A stretch of 64,000 nucleotides of DNA from Lysobacterales bacterium (GCA_021648045.1 JAKITM010000004.1:632-64631), one strand, 5' to 3'; numbered from the stretch's first letter, positions 38,477 through 48,915 are shown. The notes: generated by a model from the sequence alone, not told the origin. Numbers and translations: made by a program.

Positions 38477-41197
38477 ATGAGCAACAATCCCCCTCAAGCA
38501 GACAATTCCGACACTTTATACTTGGTCGATGGCTCATCCTATCTCTACCGGGCATTTCATGCCTTGCCATCACTGAGCAATAGTCAGGGCGATCCTACCG
38601 GCGCGATCTACGGGGTTGCGAATATGCTGCGTCGATTACTGAAAGAATCCAATCCGCAGCGAGCGGCTGTTGTGTTTGATGCAAAAGGCAAAACTTTCCG
38701 GCATGAGCAGTATGCCAACTACAAAGCCAACCGCCCGCCAATGCCCGATGAATTACGCGAACAACTTACTGGCTTGAAAGAACTGATTAACGCCATGGGG
38801 TTTCCACTGCTTGAAATCAGCGGTGTTGAGGCCGATGATGTTATTGGCACACTTTGCGAAGCGGCGGTAAAACAAGGGTTAAGCTGTGTTGTATCTACCG
38901 GCGATAAGGATCTTGCCCAATTGGTGAATAACAGCGTGAGCCTTGTGGACACGATGAAAAATGCACGCCTTACTCCAGATGCTGTAGTAGAAAAATTTGG
39001 TGTTCGCCCGGATCAAATTATTGACTACCTGGCACTGGTTGGCGACACTTCCGACAATATTCCCGGGGTTCCAAAGGTAGGGCCAAAAACCGCCGTTAAG
39101 TGGCTGCAGCAATATGGTAGTGTTGATGAAATCATTGCCAAAGCGGATGAGTTCAAGGGTAAGGTGGGTGAAAACTTGCGTGAATTTTTGCCGCAGTTGC
39201 CGCTGTCACAGGCGTTAACCACCATCAAACTTGATGTCCCGCTAGATGTCAGTGCAAATGATTTATTGATGAAGTCGGTGGATGAAAAAAACCTATTGAA
39301 AATCCTGCAGCGCTATGACTTTCATCGCTGGGTGGATGAGTTGCAACGGGGCGGGGATGCTGAAACTCCTCCGAAACAGGCTACAGCAGATGTCGACTAC
39401 ACCACCATTGTTGATAGCAATACACTTGAGCATTGGCTGCAAAAACTTGAATCAGCCGAACTGTTTGCCTTTGATACCGAAACCACCAGCCTGAACTATA
39501 TGCAGGCGGAAATTGTTGGTCTTAGCTTTGCAGTGACTGCAAATGAAGCCGCCTACCTGCCGCTGGCACATAATTACCCCGGCTGCCCACAGCAGTTAGA
39601 TCGGGATGAAGTACTGCAACGCTTTAAGCCGCTACTGGAAGATCCCGGCAAAGCCAAAGTCGGGCAGCACCTAAAGTACGATCGCAATGTGCTTTTCAAC
39701 CACGGCATCGAGCTTAACGGTATTGCCCATGACACTATGCTGGAAAGTTATATTCTCGACAGCACCGCCGGGCGCCATAATATGGATTCTCTGGCCAAGC
39801 GCAATCTCGGCAGGGATACCATCAAATTCAGTGAAGTCGCCGGCAAGGGTAAAAACCAACTGACCTTTGATCAGGTTGAAATTGAAAGAGCCGCACCCTA
39901 TGCCGCCGAAGATGCCGATATTACCCTGCAACTGCATCTACATTTATGGCCGCAACTGCAAAAGCTCGCCAGCCTAGAAAAACTCTATCGGGAAATCGAA
40001 ATCCCCCTGATTCCGGTGCTTTCGCGAATGGAAACTACCGGTGTGTTGATTGATGGCGCATTACTCCGCGTGCAAAGCCAAGAACTGGCTAAAAAAATGC
40101 TTGAACAAGAACAACGCGCTTATGAACTCGCCGGACACAGCTTTAACCTGGCTTCACCCAAACAGATCCAGCATATTTTATTTGTAGAACTGGAATTACC
40201 GGTTATCCGCAAAACCCCGAAAGGACAACCGTCCACAGCCGAAGATGTGCTGAATGAATTGGGACAGGATTATGAGTTGCCGCGTTTAATTCTCGAATAC
40301 CGCAGTACTTCAAAACTAAAGTCAACCTATACCGACACCCTGCCCGAGCGCATTGACTCACGCAGTGGCCGTGTACACACCAGCTACCATCAGGCCGTGG
40401 CAGCTACCGGGCGACTGTCATCCACAGAGCCTAATCTACAAAATATCCCAGTGCGAACCGCTGAAGGTCGGCGTATTCGTGAAGCCTTCATTGCCCCCCC
40501 GGGCCGGGTTATTCTTGCCTGTGATTATTCTCAGGTCGAGCTGCGCATCATGGCGCATTTGTCCGCTGATACAACCCTGCTGGCAGCTTTTCATAACGAT
40601 CTTGATATCCACAGCGCCACCGCAGCGGAAGTGTTTGCTGTTAGCCTTGATGATGTCAGCCAAGACCAGCGCCGCGCTGCCAAGGCTATCAATTTCGGTT
40701 TAATGTACGGTATGTCGGCCTTTGGACTAGCCAAACAACTGGATATTAAACGCGGCGAAGCCCAGGAATATATCGATACCTATTTTTCCCGTTATCCCGG
40801 GGTATTTGAGTTCATGGAAAAAACTCGCGAACTGGCCCGTAAACAAGAATATGTAGAAACCCTGTTCGGCCGCCGCCTGTGGTTAAAAGAAATCAATGCC
40901 CGCAACCCCATGCGCCGCCAAGCTGCTGAGCGCGCGGCGATTAACGCACCTATGCAAGGCACAGCTGCCGACATTATTAAACGCGCCATGTTAAGTGTAG
41001 ATGCATGGATGCAGATGGAAAAACCCGACGCCTTGATGATTATGCAGGTGCATGATGAATTGGTGTTTGAAGTGGCGGAAGATCAGCTGGAGGATTTTAC
41101 CCGTGAAGTCATATCGCGCATGGAGTCGGCTGCGGATCTTAGTGTGCCGTTAAAAGTTGATTCTGATTTTGGCGCGAATTGGGAAGCTGCGCATTAA
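38477..41197 (+). CDS. polA: DNA polymerase I
   Basis: 906 aa. It has the 5'-nuclease domain (LVDGSSYLYRAFHA), the 3'-5' exonuclease domain (FAFDTETTSL) and the polymerase motifs (DYSQVELRI, QVHDELVFE). Confidence 0.98.
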   Translation: MSNNPPQADNSDTLYLVDGSSYLYRAFHALPSLSNSQGDPTGAIYGVANMLRRLLKESNPQRAAVVFDAKGKTFRHEQYANYKANRPPMPDELREQLTGLKELINAMGFPLLEISGVEADDVIGTLCEAAVKQGLSCVVSTGDKDLAQLVNNSVSLVDTMKNARLTPDAVVEKFGVRPDQIIDYLALVGDTSDNIPGVPKVGPKTAVKWLQQYGSVDEIIAKADEFKGKVGENLREFLPQLPLSQALTTIKLDVPLDVSANDLLMKSVDEKNLLKILQRYDFHRWVDELQRGGDAETPPKQATADVDYTTIVDSNTLEHWLQKLESAELFAFDTETTSLNYMQAEIVGLSFAVTANEAAYLPLAHNYPGCPQQLDRDEVLQRFKPLLEDPGKAKVGQHLKYDRNVLFNHGIELNGIAHDTMLESYILDSTAGRHNMDSLAKRNLGRDTIKFSEVAGKGKNQLTFDQVEIERAAPYAAEDADITLQLHLHLWPQLQKLASLEKLYREIEIPLIPVLSRMETTGVLIDGALLRVQSQELAKKMLEQEQRAYELAGHSFNLASPKQIQHILFVELELPVIRKTPKGQPSTAEDVLNELGQDYELPRLILEYRSTSKLKSTYTDTLPERIDSRSGRVHTSYHQAVAATGRLSSTEPNLQNIPVRTAEGRRIREAFIAPPGRVILACDYSQVELRIMAHLSADTTLLAAFHNDLDIHSATAAEVFAVSLDDVSQDQRRAAKAINFGLMYGMSAFGLAKQLDIKRGEAQEYIDTYFSRYPGVFEFMEKTRELARKQEYVETLFGRRLWLKEINARNPMRRQAAERAAINAPMQGTAADIIKRAMLSVDAWMQMEKPDALMIMQVHDELVFEVAEDQLEDFTREVISRMESAADLSVPLKVDSDFGANWEAAH

Positions 41198-41227
41198 CGA
41201 ACGGTTTTGGGTTGGCTAGCTTTTAAC

Positions 41228-41249
41228 GCGTGGGCATAAATGCCCACGC
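41228..41249 (+). terminator. Hairpin immediately downstream of polA (possible terminator without a T-tract)
   Basis: GCGTGGGCAT AA ATGCCCACGC is a near-perfect palindrome 30 nt after the polA stop. No U-run follows. Confidence 0.4.
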
Positions 41250-41328
41250 ATCACAATTCATCTACACTGAGGTAGCGTGAAGGGATCGCTCTTGCGCATC
41301 CTTGCGCCCGCGACCTGCCTACATCCAG

Positions 41329-41491
41329 GGCGGGTTGATCGGGTCGGGAGGCGAGCGCATGGCGCTGAGATGGATTCGCAGGGCGCAGGGCTGGACTGAG
41401 GACCAATAGCCTTGGTTATTGGCCGAGGGAAGACCAAGTCCTGCGGATTCAGATCAAGCCAGGAGCCGTCACCCGACCCGATCAACCCGCC
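41329..41491. repeat. 163-nt element bounded by a perfect 20-bp inverted repeat, inside a GC-rich non-coding block
   Basis: GGCGGGTTGATCGGGTCGGG (41329-41348) is the exact reverse complement of 41472-41491. Four more pairs follow after a 1-nt mismatch. The interior contains nested hairpins and a tandem CGCAGGG CGCAGGG. A9 lies immediately after the right arm. Confidence 0.85.
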
Positions 41492-41738
41492 AAAAAAAAA
41501 CCCCGAACCAAAATGGCTCGAGGTTAATAAATGGATTGGTCGTTGGGGGACAGACCAAATCCGTATTCGATCCGTCGAGGGAGGGTTAACGGATCTTGTC
41601 ACATAGGGGTGACGGTAGTTATGACCGGGGATTTTTTGATTTGTTCCGCAAATAAGTAAAAAAGTTTAGTTTTCTTTATCTATCACGGCTAAGCCTCTGT
41701 TTCTATATGTTTAATAGAATTAGCATAATTACGACTTT

Positions 41739-42680
<942 letters not shown>

Positions 42681-42705
42681 CTAACTTGTTGCCCTAGTTG
42701 GGACT

Positions 42706-43275
42706 CTAACCACGAATCAATGTATTGCTGATGAGGTCTCGAATTTCGCTGACTTTGCTTTGCTCGCCGAGATCGCCATCGAGATAACCTGCCAGCTCAG
42801 AGCCACTGAAATATTTTTTAACTTCAGCCAAGCTGGTGGCCGCGACTGAAGCTGTTGGGTTGGCGCTGGTAGATACTAACGGCCCCCCAAAAATACGGCA
42901 TAAGCGCCGACTTAACGGATGGTCGGTAACCCGCACTGCCAGGGTTTGGTGTTTGCCGCGTAACCAGTCGGGGGTATCGGGTTTTACTGGGAACAACCAA
43001 CTCACCGGACCCGGCCAACTGCCAAGTGCGCGGCCCATTTCACAAACCGTGACCGGCGCCAGTAAATTTTGCAATTGTTCGAAATCTGCAGCGATTAAAA
43101 TCAAGCCCATCTCAGCCGGGCGCTGTTTGATACTTAGGAGCTTTGCTACCGCCTTGGGATTATACGGGTCACAACCCAGCCCCCAGACGGCTTCTGTAGG
43201 CCATGCAATAACCTCTCCCGCAAGTAATGCGTCTACCGCCCCCTCAGTCGACAATTCAGGCAAAGATGGGCTCAT
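42706..43275 (-). CDS. tsaC: L-threonylcarbamoyladenylate synthase (YrdC/TsaC type)
   Basis: 189 aa with a YrdC-domain N-terminus (IAWPTEAVWGLGCDP) and SANPT. Synteny with topA/smg/dprA fits. Confidence 0.88.
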   Translation of the reverse strand: MSPSLPELSTEGAVDALLAGEVIAWPTEAVWGLGCDPYNPKAVAKLLSIKQRPAEMGLILIAADFEQLQNLLAPVTVCEMGRALGSWPGPVSWLFPVKPDTPDWLRGKHQTLAVRVTDHPLSRRLCRIFGGPLVSTSANPTASVAATSLAEVKKYFSGSELAGYLDGDLGEQSKVSEIRDLISNTLIRG

Positions 43276-43278
43276 GGT

Positions 43279-45759
43279 CTATACAGTCGCTTTAGCAGTG
43301 CCTTTTCCTACGGTTTTCTTTTTGCTAGCTTTCTTTCTTGTAGTCTTCTTCTTACTGCGTTTTTTCTTACTAGCTTTCTTTTTCCCGGTTTTTTTCTTCG
43401 CCGTTTTTTTCTTGCTGGCCTTCTTTTTACGGCCTTTGGGTTCCGGCGCGGCTTCCAGCATTTTTAACAACTGCTCGAGGCTAAAGGCTTCCCAGTCGAC
43501 ATCTTTCGGTCCCAGCCGGGCATTTTTGTGCCCATCAGTTACAAAAGGCCCCCAGCGACCTTTGACAATCTGGATTTCTCCCATGGGGGTGTCTTTGATA
43601 ACTTTTAGAATTTTAGCTAAGTCTGCAGCGATTTTTTCTTTAATCAGCTCTAATGCCCGCGGTAATTCAACGGTGTAAGGGTCATCATCGCCTTTAAGCG
43701 ATACAAATTTACTGCCATAGCGGATATAGGGCCCGAAACGACCGATATTGGTAGTAACCGGTTCGCCATCAGCGGTGTCGCCCAGTTGCCGTGGCAACTT
43801 AAACAATTCCAGTGCCTCATCATAGGTAATGGTGCTGATGCGTTGACCAAAACGAAGCCCGGCAAATTCCGGCTTACCGTCGGTATTTTCAAAGTCTTCG
43901 CGCGTACCGATCTGTGCATAAGGCCCATAGCGGCCCAACCGAACGGATAGTTCCAGTTCTTTTTCCAGCTTATTTTTTACATGAGTAGGCGGTACATTGC
44001 CCAGCAAGCGTTTCATTTTGGCTTCGCTGCGAGATACACTTTCTTCTTTTTCTTTAACCAACGCGATAAAGGGTTCCCAGAAAGACTTCATCAGGGGTAT
44101 CCAGTCTTTCTCTCCGCGGGATACCGCATCTAGTGCATCTTCTAGCCGGGCGGTAAATCCGTAATCGACATAATCTTCGAAATGTTTAGTCAGGAAGGTT
44201 GCCACTACTATTCCGGTATCGGTAGGGTGGAAGCGTTTGCGGTCGAGCAGCACATAATCCCGGTTAACCAGGGTTGAAATAATATTGGCATAAGTTGAAG
44301 GACGGCCGATACCGTATTCTTCCAGCACTTTTACCAAGCTGGCCTCGGAATAACGCGGCGGCGGTGAAGTAAAATGTTGTTCTGAACGAATCGTTGCAAG
44401 ACCAACAACTTCACCTTCGATTAGTGCCGGCAGGCGTTTTTCATCTTTCTTCTCTGCCTGGGCAACACTTTCTTCGTAGGCTGCTAGAAAACCGGGGCGG
44501 GCAATGGTTGAACCACTGGCGCGAAAAGTTGCGCCGTTGACATCAAATTCTGCGGCCACCAAATGCATCAGTGCGGGAATCATTTGCGATGCCATGGTTC
44601 GCTGCCAAATCAAACTATAGAGTTTAAATTGGTCATCACCCAAGAATGGCCTCACCCTGGACGGGGTCAAGCTGGCTGAAGTCACACGGATGGCTTCATG
44701 CGCTTCTTGGGCATTTTTTGCTTTGGTTTTATAATAATTGGGTTTTTCCGGTACATTTTCAGCCCCATACTGGCTGCTGATTTGTTTGCGAATATCGCTG
44801 AGCGCATCGGCTGACAACGATACCGAATCGGTACGCATATAGGTAATCAAACCCTCGTTGCTGCCTTCTACCGACACGCCTTCATAGAGTTTTTGTGCGG
44901 TACGCATGGTGCGTTGTGCGGTAAAACCAATTTTTCTAGCGGCATCAACCTGCAGTGTAGAAGTGATAAACGGCGGTGCTGGGCGGCGTTGTTTTTCTCT
45001 GCGGGTAATCCGCGCTACTTTAAGATCGCCGGCGGCTGCGAGTGCTAGGCGGTCGCGAATGCCGTTAGCTTGGGAGACATTGTTGATATCGAATTTTTTA
45101 ACTTTATTGCCGTCAAGAATATCCAGACTGGCAATAAATTCTTTACCATCTTTGCTGAGGTCGGCCTCAATGGTCCAGTATTCCTGCGGGTCGAAAGCTT
45201 CAATTTCAGCTTCGCGTTCAACAATCAGGCGTAATGCGGGCGATTGTACCCGGCCGGCTGAAAGCCCCGGATTCACCTTGCGCCATAACAAAGGTGAAAG
45301 GTTAAAACCCACCAGACGATCGAGTGCCCGGCGACCCTGTTGGGCATTCACCAAGTTCATATCCAGCCCGCGAGGGTTGGCGACCGCGCTCTGGATAGCT
45401 TTTTTGGTGATTTCTGAAAACACCACCCGAAAAACTTTTTTACCTTTTAGTAATTTTTTATCCCGCAGGATTTCTGCCACATGCCAGGATATGGCTTCGC
45501 CTTCGCGATCCAAATCAGTTGCCAGATAAATGGCCTCCGCTTTTTTGGCTTCACGGATTATTGCATCGATATTTTTTTTACTACGCGGAATCCGTCGGTA
45601 ATGCATTTTGAAATCCGCACCGGTTTCAATTGCACCATCGCCTTTGATCAAATCACGCACATGACCGAACGAGGCAAGCACTTTAAAGTCCTTGCCCAGA
45701 TATTTATTAATGGTGGTCGCCTTTGCCGGCGACTCCACGATCAACAGATTTTTTGCCAT
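43279..45759 (-). CDS. topA: DNA topoisomerase I (zinc-less C-terminal repeats and a Lys-rich tail)
   Basis: 826 aa. It has a Toprim N-terminus (LLIVESPAKA) and the catalytic ITYMRTDS. C-terminal repeats of type GR(F/Y/W)GP(Y/F) occur without Cys4 fingers. The terminal ~55 aa are KKK-rich. Confidence 0.95.
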   Translation of the reverse strand: MAKNLLIVESPAKATTINKYLGKDFKVLASFGHVRDLIKGDGAIETGADFKMHYRRIPRSKKNIDAIIREAKKAEAIYLATDLDREGEAISWHVAEILRDKKLLKGKKVFRVVFSEITKKAIQSAVANPRGLDMNLVNAQQGRRALDRLVGFNLSPLLWRKVNPGLSAGRVQSPALRLIVEREAEIEAFDPQEYWTIEADLSKDGKEFIASLDILDGNKVKKFDINNVSQANGIRDRLALAAAGDLKVARITRREKQRRPAPPFITSTLQVDAARKIGFTAQRTMRTAQKLYEGVSVEGSNEGLITYMRTDSVSLSADALSDIRKQISSQYGAENVPEKPNYYKTKAKNAQEAHEAIRVTSASLTPSRVRPFLGDDQFKLYSLIWQRTMASQMIPALMHLVAAEFDVNGATFRASGSTIARPGFLAAYEESVAQAEKKDEKRLPALIEGEVVGLATIRSEQHFTSPPPRYSEASLVKVLEEYGIGRPSTYANIISTLVNRDYVLLDRKRFHPTDTGIVVATFLTKHFEDYVDYGFTARLEDALDAVSRGEKDWIPLMKSFWEPFIALVKEKEESVSRSEAKMKRLLGNVPPTHVKNKLEKELELSVRLGRYGPYAQIGTREDFENTDGKPEFAGLRFGQRISTITYDEALELFKLPRQLGDTADGEPVTTNIGRFGPYIRYGSKFVSLKGDDDPYTVELPRALELIKEKIAADLAKILKVIKDTPMGEIQIVKGRWGPFVTDGHKNARLGPKDVDWEAFSLEQLLKMLEAAPEPKGRKKKASKKKTAKKKTGKKKASKKKRSKKKTTRKKASKKKTVGKGTAKATV

Positions 45760-45880
45760 TCTTTTTTTGCCTAACTAAACGACAACCGACGATCTTTACG
45801 ACCGCCGGTTGTACGCAATGTTTATCCTGTTACTAAAAAACAATGCCGAAAACGGCTATCAAAACAGGAGTTCCTTATTA

Positions 45881-46357
45881 TTAATGCAGGTATTCCCCCT
45901 CGTTGTCAAACATCAAATCTTCCATCGAAGCAAAATTTGCCTCCTGACCGGGTTGATTGAAGAGTACCATCAGCACCACCCACTTCACATCCTCGAGGTC
46001 AATATCCTCGTTTTCCAGTGCCTGCAAACGATCTAAAACCAGCTCACGGCAATGAGTATCGAGCACCGCAGTGTTTTCTAAATATAACAAAAACCCACGA
46101 CAATCTGCATCCAAACGATCCAGTTCATCTGCGGTATAGACCCGCATGGGTTGGTTATTGCTGACGACTGCAGCCGAGCTATCACGCTGCTCTGCCAGCA
46201 CATCAAGCCAGCGAAAGGCCTTATCAATTTCAACATTGGTAAAACCAGCCTGATGCAGTGATTCCTCCATCGAATGCCGGTCATCGGCTGCCGCGGGCTG
46301 CTCGTAGATATAGTTTTCAAACAGGTACATCAGCACCTCGAGTACATTTTCTTTCAT
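45881..46357 (-). CDS. smg: Smg (DUF494) protein
   Basis: 158 aa starting MKENVLEVLMYLFENY..., typical of Smg. It lies between dprA and topA. Confidence 0.9.
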   Translation of the reverse strand: MKENVLEVLMYLFENYIYEQPAAADDRHSMEESLHQAGFTNVEIDKAFRWLDVLAEQRDSSAAVVSNNQPMRVYTADELDRLDADCRGFLLYLENTAVLDTHCRELVLDRLQALENEDIDLEDVKWVVLMVLFNQPGQEANFASMEDLMFDNEGEYLH

Positions 46358-46378
46358 TATCTCATTTTTACTCTAAAA

Positions 46379-47551
46379 TTATGATTTACGACTGAAAGCG
46401 CCACCAGAATGGGTTTCCACCAATCCTTTCAACTCCAACATGAGTAGCATGGAAGACACAGCCTGCGGTGTCAATCCGCAAGCGCCACTTATTTTATCCA
46501 TATGCTGCGGATCATAGCTTAAACAATCCCACAATTGCTGGTATTCAGGATCATCCGGCACGCCCGAAACCTTAGAATTCAGTGTATTACTAGCAGATAT
46601 GGGTGTGCTTTCCTCGGCATACAAGGGCTGCTCGCTTTCTTCTTCAGCAGTCAATCGTTGTCGCAGCTCTCCGGCCAGTTCTGCAGCAACCGCTGTTAAT
46701 TCCTGGAGCACATCTTTACCGGTTTCCACCAGTTTGGCACCATCGCGAATTAGCCGATGACAACCGCGCGCCATGGGGTTATGGATTGACCCCGGAATCG
46801 CAAATATTTCGCGCCCCTGCTCGGATGCCAACCTTGCTGTGATTAATGAACCACTGCGATACCCAGCTTCAACCACCAGCGTTCCCAATGAAAGCCCGCT
46901 GATAATTCTATTACGGGAAGGAAAATGTGAAGGCCGCGCTTGGGTCCCCGGCGGAAACTCGGAAACCAGCAGACCCTGAGTCGCAATTTGTGCCGCCAGT
47001 GCACGGTTACAGGCCGGATAAATCACATCCACACCGGTGCCTAAAACAGCGATAGTGGCGCTTTGTTTCAATGCCGCCTTATGTACTGCAGCATCAATCC
47101 CGTCGGCAAGACCTGAAATCATTAACAAACCCTGCTGGCTGAGATAAGCGGCAAAGGCAGTGGCGTTTTCCAGCCCCCCGCGAGTGGGGTTTCTAGAGCC
47201 TACTACCGCAAGCTGTGGCTGCCACAATAACATCGGGTCGCCCACCAGCCACAAGGCCACCGGCGGATCAGGAATGCGTTTTAATAATGGTGGATAGTCC
47301 GGATTATCAATGGTTAGCAGGTGATGGTCGGGGGCTGACAACCAGTCAAGATCGTCTTTAAGCTGTTGATGACTTGTCTGATTAGGGGTTTGATTATCTG
47401 CTTGGTTAAGGTAACGCCGGGTAGCCGAGGGGAGCCGGGAATTTGAAAATATTGAGGCGATACTGCCTGTCTCCAGTGCTGCGAGAATATCTGCACGCCC
47501 CAGTTTCGGGGCGCGCAGCGCAATACACCATTCGGATAAAGTCGTGCTCAG
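46379..47551 (-). CDS. dprA: DNA processing protein DprA (start uncertain; probable non-canonical CTG at 47551, or TTG at 47341 giving an N-terminally truncated product)
   Basis: The Rossmann-like core carries AVVGSRNPT and SGLADGIDA. The in-frame 70 codons upstream of TTG 47341 encode a DprA-like N-terminal domain (LSEWCIALRAPKLGRADILAALETGSIASIFS...) but contain no ATG, GTG or TTG. Confidence 0.85.
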   Translation of the reverse strand: MSTTLSEWCIALRAPKLGRADILAALETGSIASIFSNSRLPSATRRYLNQADNQTPNQTSHQQLKDDLDWLSAPDHHLLTIDNPDYPPLLKRIPDPPVALWLVGDPMLLWQPQLAVVGSRNPTRGGLENATAFAAYLSQQGLLMISGLADGIDAAVHKAALKQSATIAVLGTGVDVIYPACNRALAAQIATQGLLVSEFPPGTQARPSHFPSRNRIISGLSLGTLVVEAGYRSGSLITARLASEQGREIFAIPGSIHNPMARGCHRLIRDGAKLVETGKDVLQELTAVAAELAGELRQRLTAEEESEQPLYAEESTPISASNTLNSKVSGVPDDPEYQQLWDCLSYDPQHMDKISGACGLTPQAVSSMLLMLELKGLVETHSGGAFSRKS

Positions 47552-48726
47552 AGACGCAGATCTCCGTGTTTAAGCAGATCGCCTTGTTTGATCTCACGCG
47601 AACCGCCTGTGACAGCCTTATGTTGGCCGCCGACTATCAGGCCGTAGCTGATGTTGTTAAAACTGCGGAACACCATCAACTGACCAACAAACTCATCCGG
47701 CAAGGTGACTTTCTCGTTAACAGACCTTGTATCGTAGGCGGGTGTGCCTCTGACATACTTAGCCTTGTCGACTATCTCATTACCCGGGTGGAAAACTGAG
47801 AAAACATGGCCGGCTTTAACGCCCTGAGAAATACCTGCACTCAAAGCGACAACCCGAAAATGCCCGGCATTCATCACATTGTCGCTAATGCTCAGCACAT
47901 GCATATCTGCCGGCACCTGGTCGAGAACGCGTGGGTAAAAATTATTTTCATACACAAAAGCATCAACCGGGAGTAAACGATCACCGGGTTTAATCGCGCG
48001 CTTACCGCCTAATACCTCAAGAATTGCCGGGTCTCCGCTCTTAACTACCCTTACTCGGGCAACTTCATACAATTCATAATCAACCACTGCATCTTTAGAG
48101 CTGAAAAAACCTGTGTCCCGTTTGGGCACATAGCCACCGAAGCGCGAGTTGCCCTGCTTGCGCCATTCTAAACCGCCATCCTTAAGTTGTTTGGCTTCAT
48201 AAATAAAACTCAGCCCGACAACCACAAACTCTTTGCCGAAATCACCGCTTATCCCGCGGGCATAAGTACGATCGCCGCGAACTGCATTCATCTGGTCTTC
48301 ATTATTGGAAACAATGTAGGGCAGTTGATCAAACTCTTCTGCACTGATCACCCGCGGCTTGAGCAAGATGTTGTCAATCACATCCAGCGGAATGGTGTTG
48401 ATGGGTTCAGCATCCTTACGAATTTGTGGTTGAACACGATTCACCACTAATTGCGGCTGCCCGTCCACATAAATTAGCGAAATCCGATCACCGGGATAAA
48501 TCCAGTGCGGATCCGCAATTTGTGGGTTTGACTGCCAGATAGCCGGCCATTGCCACGGGTGCTGTAGAAATCTACCCGATATATCCCATAGCGTATCGCC
48601 TTTAACAACGACATACTCCTGTGGATGATCGGCGCGTAATTGCACATCCTGTGCTTGAACTGTTGAAAACCACGCCAGTGCAAAAATAAGCACAGTTAAT
48701 TTGAGTCCAGTCATATTCCTTTTCAC
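47548..48726 (-). CDS. LysM-domain peptidoglycan-binding protein (TsaP-like)
   Basis: 392 aa with a signal peptide and a LysM motif (YVVVKGDTLWDISGRFL). It sits in the def / LysM-dprA position that TsaP occupies in Pseudomonas. Confidence 0.85.
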   Translation of the reverse strand: MKRNMTGLKLTVLIFALAWFSTVQAQDVQLRADHPQEYVVVKGDTLWDISGRFLQHPWQWPAIWQSNPQIADPHWIYPGDRISLIYVDGQPQLVVNRVQPQIRKDAEPINTIPLDVIDNILLKPRVISAEEFDQLPYIVSNNEDQMNAVRGDRTYARGISGDFGKEFVVVGLSFIYEAKQLKDGGLEWRKQGNSRFGGYVPKRDTGFFSSKDAVVDYELYEVARVRVVKSGDPAILEVLGGKRAIKPGDRLLPVDAFVYENNFYPRVLDQVPADMHVLSISDNVMNAGHFRVVALSAGISQGVKAGHVFSVFHPGNEIVDKAKYVRGTPAYDTRSVNEKVTLPDEFVGQLMVFRSFNNISYGLIVGGQHKAVTGGSREIKQGDLLKHGDLRL

Positions 48727-48915
48727 TTTACAATCCCCCGGATCGGTTGGGTTAAGATAAAATTACCTATAAATCGCTCGTTTAAATGAGGAAAAATGGA
48801 GCAAATACTGCATAAAATCAGGCTTGCTTCTTGTTATTTCATGGCATCTAGCCATAATCCTCACTTATCATCATAATTCGTTAGCTGGAAAACTTCACCT
48901 GTTTATTGGAAATCT

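Noticed and set aside
41420-41470. Local resemblance to the cobalamin-riboswitch core/B12 box (GAGGGAAGACCAAGTCC...AAGCCAGGAGCC) and to the RNase P GAGGAAAGUCC motif
   Set aside because: These are only short partial matches. The remaining conserved elements are missing, and there is no downstream gene on either strand for a cis-regulator because the flanking genes are convergent.
41258-41602. 114-aa minus-strand ORF spanning the polA-hemF gap
   Set aside because: The translation is Pro/Ser/Arg/Gly-biased and non-globular. It has no RBS context, and the reading frame runs straight through long inverted repeats. It is most likely a chance ORF in GC-rich non-coding DNA.
42836-43678. 280-aa plus-strand ORF antisense to tsaC/topA
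   Set aside because: It lies entirely inside two well-supported minus-strand genes. Its Phe/Leu-rich repetitive middle is just the antisense reading of the topA poly-Lys tail.
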